In this document: positions 17,273 through 25,496 of the stretch, one piece after another
Position numbering within the stretch: position 1 is the stretch's first letter
Layout: each line of letters begins with the position of its first letter
From: Clostridia bacterium
GTDB lineage: Bacteria; Bacillota; Clostridia; Oscillospirales; CAG-272
Direction of reading: 5' to 3'
Length of the DNA stretch: 31,949 nt
Assembly: GCA_900770605.1 (NCBI GenBank)
Contig: CAAGKS010000008.1
Span: 1 to 31,949 of the forward strand
Notes under the pieces: generated by a model
Databases searched by the model: none
Told to the model about the DNA's origin: nothing
Seen by the model: the letters and a program-made list of their open reading frames with translations, nothing else
Program-made: the position numbers and the translations under genes

Positions 17273-19527
17273 ACCGTAACTCCGTCAGACGCTTCTTCGT
17301 GCTCAGCCTGCTTTACAGAAACGGGATCCTGAGTATTTCCGTCTATCATTTCCATATAGAACTGCTCAAGCGGGATACCGCTCTCCTTGATCTCTGCCAT
17401 CGTCTTTGAGCAAAGTATCTGTCCCTTGCGGATAATAGCTATGTGATCGCACACGTTCTCAACAACGTCTATCAAGTGGCTGGAGAAGAATACGATATTG
17501 CCGCGGGAAGCGTGCTCCTTCATACATTCTTTGACCTGGAAGATAGATTCGGGGTCAAGTCCCGTAAGAGGCTCGTCCAATATCCATATCTTAGGATTAT
17601 GCACGAGAGCTGACATAATGGTTATCTTTTGCTTCATACCGTGAGAGTAGGTCTTCATCGGGTTATCGATAGCGCTCTCCAGACGGAATCTCGAAATATA
17701 CTCCGCCATACGCTGATTGCGGTCCTCCTTTGATACGTTATAGAGGTCTGCAATATAGTTGATATACTCTCTGCCCGTAAGATTTTCGTAAAGCGCGTAA
17801 TGGTCGGGAACGTATCCGATCTGCATCTTCGCCTCAACGGGCTGCTTGTTAACGTCAAAGCCCGATACCTCGATCTCACCCGAGGTTATGGTCTGAATAC
17901 CGACGATAGTCTTGATGATAGAGGACTTACCGGCTCCGTTCGGGCCAAGGAAGCCGAATATCTGACCGCCGTCGATCTCAAGATTTGCTTTATAAACAGC
18001 GTACACGTCGCTGGTGGAATAACGCTTTGAAAAATCACGAAGGATAAGCTTGCCCTCGTTTTGAGGATTCATAGGTTCCTGCATACTTCTTCCTGCAAGG
18101 TGTACCTCCAGAGCGAGTCTGTCAGCCTTGATCTTGCGGTTCCTTTCCATGATGATTTTGTAAGTATCGGAAATTTCAAACGCCTGCTCGTAAACAAACC
18201 ACATTGCAAGCGAAAGAACGATGTAAACGATAAAGTACAACGCCTGGTAAACAGGATAAAGCACGAATTTGAGGTCCTTATAATAAAACGTCACAGTTAT
18301 CTTACGCAGATCCTCTGCCCACTGACCGAGCTTCTCCGCAACGAAATCGGAGTTGATAAAGAAGAAGTCAACGCCTGAATCGTAGTTGGTGAGCCACGCG
18401 TTTGCGATCAGTATGAAAACGTAATATCCGAAAAACGCGATAAGCGAGTACCAGAACTGCTTTATCTTTGGGCGCCCAAATATTCCCAGACTCATTACCA
18501 GAAGCGGCAGTATCGTTGCTGCATAGTGGTTTGCCCAGAACAGCAAGGACGACGTGGAGAGCCACTGCTCGCAGGTATCGGGCATGATCATTGCGAAAAA
18601 CGCTCCAAGCACGTTTATAAAGATGGTGAAGTAATAGAGCCTGTCCATCTTGAATATCAAAACGAGCGGAACTATAAACATTGCCGTGTGGCAAAGGTGC
18701 AACGGCCAGGTCGTTGGGTGAATAAACGTTGAAAAATCGTATTTGCAGCAGAACGAGATCATCATCGCAAGGCTTATGTATATAAGCGCGTAACGTCTCT
18801 GCTCATACTGACATTTTGAAAACAACAGATGTACGATAACGAAAAACGCTATCGAGCCGTAAATAAACAGACGGTGGAAGAGCGTGAAGTTATCAATCAC
18901 TATCGCGTCGCTACCAAGTCCGAAGAGCACCTGAGGCACCCAGTGAGGCAGCGAGATAGCAAGCATTCCCGCGAATATAAGCGCGGATCTGAGCGCGTGG
19001 CGAGAGGATATTTTCTCTTTCTCTCCCCTTTTCGCACTCAACTGATACAGCGCAAGTCCAAGTCCTATTCCAAGCTCTATCGCGAACACGAGCAGTCTGT
19101 AATGGAAGCCGTCCGCAAGGTTGCCGTCAAGAGCGCGGTTGAGCATCGGTATTGCGATTATCGAAGCCGCGTACGTAAACGTGGCAACGTAACGGGCTAT
19201 CGGAGCTACGCGCGGCAAATGCTTTTCAAAAAACGGGAACGTAACTCCCACGAGCTGTACCGCCGCGATAAGCCAGAGCAAAAGCGCGGAAAGCATGGCA
19301 AGTACACCGCCCTGCGCGCCGAAAGGCGAATATACGTTTCTTCCGATAGTGTTCTGTATCGCAGGCACTCCGCCAAAGCTTCTCACAAAGAAAACTACGG
19401 CATATACGAGTGCAACTATTTGAGTATTTGTAAAGCGCTTAGCGCAAAAAAGCTTATTTTTAAAGCCAAAAAGAAACCATAGCGTCAGCGCAGAAAATAA
19501 CAACGCCGCGCCGTAATATAAAAACAT
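17269..19527 (-). CDS. Fusion of a YwaF/TMEM164-like integral membrane region with a C-terminal ABC ATPase
   Basis: About 450 hydrophobic N-terminal residues with WPLHLCH, FWANH and N-x8-DFFFIN. The C-terminal NBD has GPNGAGKS, YSHGMKQK, ILDEP and SSH. GAGGTG 9 nt before ATG 19527; alternative GTG at 19539. Confidence 0.85.
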   Translation of the reverse strand: MFLYYGAALLFSALTLWFLFGFKNKLFCAKRFTNTQIVALVYAVVFFVRSFGGVPAIQNTIGRNVYSPFGAQGGVLAMLSALLLWLIAAVQLVGVTFPFFEKHLPRVAPIARYVATFTYAASIIAIPMLNRALDGNLADGFHYRLLVFAIELGIGLGLALYQLSAKRGEKEKISSRHALRSALIFAGMLAISLPHWVPQVLFGLGSDAIVIDNFTLFHRLFIYGSIAFFVIVHLLFSKCQYEQRRYALIYISLAMMISFCCKYDFSTFIHPTTWPLHLCHTAMFIVPLVLIFKMDRLYYFTIFINVLGAFFAMIMPDTCEQWLSTSSLLFWANHYAATILPLLVMSLGIFGRPKIKQFWYSLIAFFGYYVFILIANAWLTNYDSGVDFFFINSDFVAEKLGQWAEDLRKITVTFYYKDLKFVLYPVYQALYFIVYIVLSLAMWFVYEQAFEISDTYKIIMERNRKIKADRLALEVHLAGRSMQEPMNPQNEGKLILRDFSKRYSTSDVYAVYKANLEIDGGQIFGFLGPNGAGKSSIIKTIVGIQTITSGEIEVSGFDVNKQPVEAKMQIGYVPDHYALYENLTGREYINYIADLYNVSKEDRNQRMAEYISRFRLESAIDNPMKTYSHGMKQKITIMSALVHNPKIWILDEPLTGLDPESIFQVKECMKEHASRGNIVFFSSHLIDVVENVCDHIAIIRKGQILCSKTMAEIKESGIPLEQFYMEMIDGNTQDPVSVKQAEHEEASDGVTV

Positions 19528-19646
19528 CAAAACAAGCACCTCTTACAAAGGAGAAATAATAGAATATATCGTACGGATACTCGTTGTCGGCACTACCGAC
19601 AGGCGAGTGTTTTATGTTCATGCAGTATTTCATCATACACTTGCAT

Positions 19647-19675
19647 ATTATATCACAAATATGATATAATGTAAA
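19647..19675 (-). promoter_or_regulatory. Putative promoter of the four-gene ABC operon
   Basis: Minus strand TTTACA-17 nt-TATAAT with a TG extension, overlapping the inverted repeat ATTATATCA-N6-TGATATAAT. Confidence 0.65.
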
Positions 19676-19947
19676 GGTTTTTCCGCTCTATTTAACATCT
19701 GCTTAACTTTGAGTTAACGAAAAATCATAATATTTTAACGAAATATTTTCAAAATTGGTTAAAAATGGGTATTTTTCCTTGTTTTTCTATCTTTTTCGAC
19801 ACCAAAACGGCACTCGGACATGACAGCGAGTACGGGTCTTTATGGGCGGTGGATCTCCCCCCCAACGCTCATTCACCCGCCGCAGGAGAGGACGTTAAAA
19901 ATACTCGAAGCGGGAGGAAAGCATTAGCGCGCCTTCACGGACCCTAG

Positions 19948-20280
19948 GTGTGCGAAGTACCCCTACTCATTGCGACGATTTATAGAATACTTTACAACGA
20001 GACCTCTGACGAGTATCTCAAGGAGCTGATCTCAAAGTACATTCCGTGCTTTGATGCGGTAGAGGAATTCTGTGCCAAGATGAACGTTTCGCCGACTGTT
20101 ACAGAGCGCCGGATAATCGCTGACGGCATTCGTCGCACGCTCATTATACGCGCTCATTATATGAGACGGATACACAATACTTTCCTATTCGCAAAAGTGC
20201 GGAAAATTTCAAGAGTATACAAAGAAATCTACCGACATATCGTTTGGCATCTCAACCGTTCAAGGCAAGTAATTACGTAA
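19948..20280 (+). pseudogene. Possible decayed gene fragment or small hypothetical ORF
   Basis: 110-codon frame with no convincing RBS. The first half looks protein-like (YRILYNETSDEYLKELISKY). It is preceded in frame by a TAG and followed by a terminator. Confidence 0.3.
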
Positions 20281-20297
20281 TTTTTATATCAAAATAC

Positions 20298-20331
20298 AAA
20301 AGCAGGAAGAATTATGTTCTTCCTGCTTTTT
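20298..20331. terminator. Bidirectional intrinsic terminator
   Basis: AAAAGCAGGAAGAA-ttatg-TTCTTCCTGCTTTT downstream of the ArsR-type gene. Confidence 0.85.
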
Positions 20332-20370
20332 GTGTTGAATTTTTATATAATTGCACTGCATTTTTAATGC

Positions 20371-21345
20371 TTATTTATAGGTTGCCGTAAAGATTATATG
20401 TTGATCATAGTCGCCGAAATTTCCGCCGAAGAGGTTAAATCCGCCCGGGTGCTGAGCGTCCTTTTTTACCTCTATGCCGAATATAGTCTTATTACCCTCC
20501 TGCAACCCCAGATCATAAAGACCGACGCTCTTGTTCACCAATCTTTCGTTGAGATACACGCCGCTCGATCTGATGCTTATATTGGTAAGAAGCCCGTATT
20601 TCGTGCTTTCGGGATACCACCAGCTCGGCGTGAATTTTCCGTATCGGTCGCCGTAATCTCCGGGGGAGACAAACGTACAGATATCGGTCCCGTTTATCGA
20701 AAAGGTAATATCGCTCGGGTAGTCGTTATTAAATCCGGGCGCTTCGGAGCAGATCTCAAGAGAAATTTTGATCTCATCAAGCTTTCCCTGCTGCGCGTAA
20801 TTGTTTGGAATAGCATAAACAAGCGAGCCGTAGCCCTGTGACCAGATTATCTGGGCATCGTGGCGTCCCGAAACGAAGACGTTGTGAGGGTCTCCGCTCA
20901 TAATTTGCTTTTGAGCGGTAGCAATACCGCACTGATCCGAAAACTCGGCATCGATATATTCGCCAATGTTTATCTGATATACGAACGGCGTCAGGCTTTC
21001 GGGCTTGGAGCGTCCGTTTGAGTTTCTGAAACGGATTATAGCTATATTCGTAACGTAGGTATACCAATGAAGTGTGCCCTTTCCCTTGGTGGAGAAGCTT
21101 TTTTTGATAATACCCGCCTCTTCAAGAATATTAAGGTGAAATATGGTCGAGGAGAGCGGCAGATTAAGCTCTGAGGCTATCTCGGACGCGAGCATATTCT
21201 TCTTGTTGACCAAACGGATCATTTGTATTCGGACAGGTGACGAAAGTGCTCTGCCCAGAGCAGCGAGGTGCGTCGTATCCTTAGTACCCTCGATATCATA
21301 TATTATTTTGCTATCTTCAACGAAGTCAATATCGTGCTCTTGCAT
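20371..21345 (-). CDS. ArsR-type HTH regulator with a large C-terminal domain (COG4189-like, sugar-locus associated)
   Basis: ALSSPVRIQM...EIASELNLPLSSTIFHLNILEEAGII HTH; C-terminal LEICSEAP, PSDITF, PGDYG..G...P.WW, YGLL and GGFNLFG..FGDY.Q motifs. AAGGAG 6 nt before ATG 21345. Confidence 0.85.
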   Translation of the reverse strand: MQEHDIDFVEDSKIIYDIEGTKDTTHLAALGRALSSPVRIQMIRLVNKKNMLASEIASELNLPLSSTIFHLNILEEAGIIKKSFSTKGKGTLHWYTYVTNIAIIRFRNSNGRSKPESLTPFVYQINIGEYIDAEFSDQCGIATAQKQIMSGDPHNVFVSGRHDAQIIWSQGYGSLVYAIPNNYAQQGKLDEIKISLEICSEAPGFNNDYPSDITFSINGTDICTFVSPGDYGDRYGKFTPSWWYPESTKYGLLTNISIRSSGVYLNERLVNKSVGLYDLGLQEGNKTIFGIEVKKDAQHPGGFNLFGGNFGDYDQHIIFTATYK

Positions 21346-21379
21346 CATTTTCTCCTTATTTTTTATTAGGTACAGTAAT

Positions 21380-21408
21380 ATTGTACCACACAACTTAGTC
21401 AAATGCAA
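21380..21408 (-). promoter_or_regulatory. Putative promoter of the ArsR-type regulator
   Basis: Minus strand TTGCAT-17 nt-TACAAT with a TG extension. Confidence 0.6.
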
Positions 21409-21743
21409 GATTTTTTATGTTTTTTCAGTTGAAAAATTGTCACTTTTGTTGTAAAATAATAATTAGATATAACTTTAATATGAAAATATGTGCAATTTGC
21501 ATTGTAATTACCACGGCATAAGACCTTACTTACTTCCCTTCCTTATATATTTAAAAGCAGATCGGTGCTTTTATCCCGCACTTGAACGCAGCACGATATA
21601 ATATCACTCGTCAAAAGAGCCCAAGCGCAATCACCGAAAAAACGACACACGTCGTCAATCGAGCGCGATGGGATCTTCGCTACACAAAAGCTGAATAATA
21701 AATTGCTTTTTCACAAAAGCGGTATAATTATAAATTTATTATA

Positions 21744-21774
21744 TGATAGTTTCGCAACGAATAAAAAACTATCA
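21744..21774. promoter_or_regulatory. Candidate operator or leader hairpin of the sugar operon
   Basis: TGATAGTTT-N13-AAACTATCA between a TATAAT (21723-21728) and the AGGAGG RBS. Confidence 0.45.
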
Positions 21775-21795
21775 AAGTTACAGGAGGCAAAAAGT

Positions 21796-23604
21796 ATGAA
21801 GAAAACCTTTAGTAGAGTACTGGCATTGGTGCTGGTATTAGTTATGGCGGCAGGACTCGTTGCCTGCAAACCCCAGACACCCGCAGAAGCAGGTGACAGA
21901 ACCGTTATTTACTATGCGGCTTCTTTCGTAGATGCACAGATGCAGGCGGCTTACACCGAAATGGTAGACACCTACAACAAAACACAGGGTGTTATTGACG
22001 GTGTATACGTCCAGTTCCGTGCAAACCCCGGTGTAATTTCCGGCTTGGAAAGCGCGTTGCGCAACAACTATCAGTACGACGTTATCGAGCTCAAGGACGA
22101 TGCATTTAAGTCATTGGCTACAAACGGCGATTTCTTTGTTAATCTCGACAGCTATCTCACAGATGAAGCTAAGGCTAAGATGAGCTGGAGCGATATTCCC
22201 GAGCCTTTGATCAACCGTTACCGCTTGAACACTACCAAGTCTGCAAACGGCAAGTACCAGGCAGGCGAGGGCGCAAGCCTTTTGGCTCTCCCCAACGGTA
22301 GCGATCCCCAGATGCTGTTCTACAACAAGAACATGATGACCGCATCAGGCATCAACATCATTTCCGTTCCCGAGAGCGAGCTGGCAGCTTATAATGCCGC
22401 TAACAACGCAACTCTCATGCCTCACGGCTATGCTGAATACAAGGTTGCTCCCTTTGCAGGAGCTAAGAGCAGCACCAACCAGGCAGGCAAGACCGTTTAT
22501 AAGGTATTCAATGAGAGCATCGGTATGAACTGGGAGGAGCAGCGTTGCCTCGCCAGCCAGTTCACGACCTCCGATCAGTACGGCTTCGTAAGTGAGTGGT
22601 GGTTCAATATGGGCTTCTCCGTTGGCGCTGACTGTATCGGTTGGGACGCAGCTTCCAACAACTACAAGCTCACCCTCGGTGACAAGCAGCCCGGTTATCT
22701 TGCTTTGGCAGATATTACGGTAAACGGCAACAATTACAGCAAGGGCGAGGTCCTTGGCTATGAAGACAAGACCTTCTTGAACAACAATGCATCCGCTCTC
22801 GGAGCTTTGAACGGCAAGATCTACGCTCTTCCCTCTACATATGATGCAATTCTGGAATTCACCCGTTTGGGCGTTCCCTCCAATAAGCAGACTGACGACG
22901 GTATTTACGGCTACGGCGTTGCACCTTCCACCACAGAGGCCCGCAACCAGCTCTTTACCTCCGGCAAGTGCCTTATGCTCGTTGAGGACTTCCGCAACAT
23001 CCAGTCCTTCAAGAACGTGCTCGGCTCCGGCTTGGGTATGGCTGTTACTTCCCAGTACCGTGAGTACGTTGGCGGCAGCACCTACACTGAAAACGGCAAG
23101 GAATATCTGAAGGTTATCGGCGAGACCTACAACGGTCAGGTCTACACCGGTGAGCTTCACATGGAAAACGGCACACCTATCGTTGGTGAGGCTGCAACCG
23201 AAAGCGAATCCTTGGGTCTCTTCCTTCCTAAGAATACTAAGAATAAGAATTACGACGAAGCGTTCAAGTTTGCTTCCTGGGTAGCAGGTCCCGAGGGCCA
23301 GACAATTCTGGCAAAGGGCAATAAGTACGTTCCCAACCAGACCTCTATCGGTATGGGCGATGCTTACAACTCTTCCTCCGACCGCCTTATCTCTAACATG
23401 TGGGCAGGCAGCTTCCTTGCGCAGAACGCAGACATCGGTGACTACACCTACTTCACCTCTACGACATGGATCACCGAATGGTCCGTACCGTTCAACACCA
23501 CCGTTCGTGAAGGTAACATGAAGCTTGCTGACTTCTTTGCACAGTATGAGAATACTGCAAACAACCTGTTAAAGGGTATGACACTTTACATCAACAGGAG
23601 ATAA
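21796..23604 (+). CDS. Carbohydrate ABC transporter substrate-binding lipoprotein
   Basis: Lipobox LVAC; SBP family-1-like motifs LDSYL, LALP...LFYNKNM and AFKFASWVAGPEGQ. AGGAGG RBS supports ATG 21796. Precedes two permeases. Confidence 0.88.
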   Translation: MKKTFSRVLALVLVLVMAAGLVACKPQTPAEAGDRTVIYYAASFVDAQMQAAYTEMVDTYNKTQGVIDGVYVQFRANPGVISGLESALRNNYQYDVIELKDDAFKSLATNGDFFVNLDSYLTDEAKAKMSWSDIPEPLINRYRLNTTKSANGKYQAGEGASLLALPNGSDPQMLFYNKNMMTASGINIISVPESELAAYNAANNATLMPHGYAEYKVAPFAGAKSSTNQAGKTVYKVFNESIGMNWEEQRCLASQFTTSDQYGFVSEWWFNMGFSVGADCIGWDAASNNYKLTLGDKQPGYLALADITVNGNNYSKGEVLGYEDKTFLNNNASALGALNGKIYALPSTYDAILEFTRLGVPSNKQTDDGIYGYGVAPSTTEARNQLFTSGKCLMLVEDFRNIQSFKNVLGSGLGMAVTSQYREYVGGSTYTENGKEYLKVIGETYNGQVYTGELHMENGTPIVGEAATESESLGLFLPKNTKNKNYDEAFKFASWVAGPEGQTILAKGNKYVPNQTSIGMGDAYNSSSDRLISNMWAGSFLAQNADIGDYTYFTSTTWITEWSVPFNTTVREGNMKLADFFAQYENTANNLLKGMTLYINRR

Positions 23605-23607
23605 TCT

Positions 23608-24591
23608 ATGGCCCGAAAGAAGTTACTCACGGAGAACCAGCAGATTAAAAAGCGCAAGTGGAAAAAGGAACAGATCTTCGCGTTTATCGTTGCATCCGTT
23701 CCCCTGGTTGGCTTTATCGTTTTTAATGGTTTTCCTTTGCTGATATCTTTCATAGGTATGTTTAGCAACGTGGATCTTTACGATCTCTCTAATATCCAAT
23801 GGAATAATTTTGAGGGCTTCAAGTCCGTATTTATCCCGGGACACGCCTATGAGCTATTTTACTTTGATCTATCTAAATATTTTTACAAGGCTTTAATCAT
23901 AACTGTGTGGATCGCATCCGCACAGTTGGTCACCCTTGCGATCGCGCTCTTTATTGCTACGCTTTTGCATCAAAAGCCCAAGGGCGCAAAGATGTTCCAG
24001 ATATTGTTCTTCGTGCCTTATATCTGCTCCACAGTTGCGGTTTCTCTCATGTGGAGATGGATGTTTGCCAGCGACGGCGGAATTTTAAATGCTATCCTTG
24101 GCACAAACATCGACTGGCTGCGCGATCCGAGCACGATCACCTGGACGATCATTGCGGCAGTCATCTGGCAAGCACCCGGTTACGGTATCGTTATGTATAA
24201 GGCGGCATTTACAGGAATCAACAAGTCCTTGTACGAGGCTGCTGACGTAGACGGCGCAAACATCTGGCAGAAATTCTGGCGCGTGACCGTGCCGAGCATC
24301 AGCCCCACTACCTTCTTCTTGCTTCAGGCAGGAGCAATGGCGGGCTTGCTTACCTACGACCTCGCAGTTTTGATCATTCCTGACGCTTGGGGCTCTCCCG
24401 GCGGCGTGGAGTCTATGGGTCTTACCCTGATCCGTTTGGTATATTACCTGATCACAAATGCTTCCACCAGCGATGCCAACGGCGTAAGCTACATGGTTTC
24501 CTGCGCTTGTGTAATAAGCTGGATGCTTTTCCTTGTGACCGGTACGATATCTATGATCATGTTCCGACTCAGAGAAAAGAGCTTGAAGTAA
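23608..24591 (+). CDS. Carbohydrate ABC transporter permease (MalF-type)
   Basis: FFVPYICSTVA, GILNAILG, and the EAA loop LYEAADVDGANIWQKFWRVTVP. Confidence 0.93.
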   Translation: MARKKLLTENQQIKKRKWKKEQIFAFIVASVPLVGFIVFNGFPLLISFIGMFSNVDLYDLSNIQWNNFEGFKSVFIPGHAYELFYFDLSKYFYKALIITVWIASAQLVTLAIALFIATLLHQKPKGAKMFQILFFVPYICSTVAVSLMWRWMFASDGGILNAILGTNIDWLRDPSTITWTIIAAVIWQAPGYGIVMYKAAFTGINKSLYEAADVDGANIWQKFWRVTVPSISPTTFFLLQAGAMAGLLTYDLAVLIIPDAWGSPGGVESMGLTLIRLVYYLITNASTSDANGVSYMVSCACVISWMLFLVTGTISMIMFRLREKSLK

Positions 24592-24606
24592 AGGACGGTG
24601 ACGAAT

Positions 24607-25482
24607 ATGAAAAAGAAATTTTCTATAGGAAAAATTTTAGTTATTCTGGCGCTGGTCCTTTATACAGTATTTTTGTTTTTCCCTATTGTTACAGTTTTAA
24701 TCACATCATTTACCTCAACAGAGGAATTGGCAAGCTCCGTTGATTTTATCTGGTGGCCCGAAAACTTTACCTTTGATGCCTACAAGGCAATTTTTGAGCA
24801 TGACTTTTACGCGGATCTGACAGGCATGCCCGGCTTGGTGCTCGGCTTCATCAACACAATGTGGCTGACACTCATTCCGTTGGTGATCGGATTGCTAGTC
24901 TCAGGCTATTCAGCTTATGCATTCTCAAAAATGGACTTTCCCTTCAAGGAAAAGCTGTTTAAGTTCTCGGTAATCATCCGTTCCATACCTTTGGGAGCAT
25001 TCAGCGTTATCTCATTCGTATTCTATTCAGCTATCGGTTGGACGGGAGAAAATGGCTTTTTGCCCTTGCTGATCCCCGGTATGTTAGGTAACTTGGGAAC
25101 GGTATTCTTTCTTCGTCTGTTCTTTGACGGAATACCCACATCACTCATCGAAGCGGCAACGCTTGACGGCGCAGGATTTTTCCTTTGCTTTAGAAAAATC
25201 ATGATGCCGCTTGCAAAGCCTGCCTTTATCGCTCAATTTATTTTCGGCTTTGTAGCCGGCTACAACAGTTATCTTGCTCCTCAGCTTTATTTGCAGGACC
25301 AGCCTCAGCTTGTAACCCTGCAGCTTTACCTGAGCCAGATCAGAGAGCTGTTCCCCGGCCTTGGCAACGAGAACATCCATATGGCTGCGGCAATTCTTGG
25401 AATGCTGCCGCTGGTCATCATATACTGCTGTCTGCAAAAATACTTCATCGAGGGTGTTTCTGAAGGCGGCGTTAAGGAATAA
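24607..25482 (+). CDS. Carbohydrate ABC transporter permease (MalG-type)
   Basis: AYAFSKMDFP, EAA loop IPTSLIEAATLDGAG, and C-terminal QKYFIEGVSEGGVKE. Alternative GTG start at 24598. Confidence 0.93.
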   Translation: MKKKFSIGKILVILALVLYTVFLFFPIVTVLITSFTSTEELASSVDFIWWPENFTFDAYKAIFEHDFYADLTGMPGLVLGFINTMWLTLIPLVIGLLVSGYSAYAFSKMDFPFKEKLFKFSVIIRSIPLGAFSVISFVFYSAIGWTGENGFLPLLIPGMLGNLGTVFFLRLFFDGIPTSLIEAATLDGAGFFLCFRKIMMPLAKPAFIAQFIFGFVAGYNSYLAPQLYLQDQPQLVTLQLYLSQIRELFPGLGNENIHMAAAILGMLPLVIIYCCLQKYFIEGVSEGGVKE

Positions 25483-25496
25483 ATGGAGGTACTTCA

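Noticed and set aside
19460..19636. Short minus-strand ORF (MMKYCMNIKHSP...) as a leader peptide for the ABC operon
   Set aside because: It has no RBS, overlaps the main gene out of frame and shows no regulatory codon run, so there is not enough support.
21796..25482. Missing ATPase in the sugar ABC cluster as an anomaly
   Set aside because: Gram-positive CUT1 transporters commonly share a distant MsmK/MsmX-type ATPase. The exporter-type NBD at 17269-18060 is not a likely partner.
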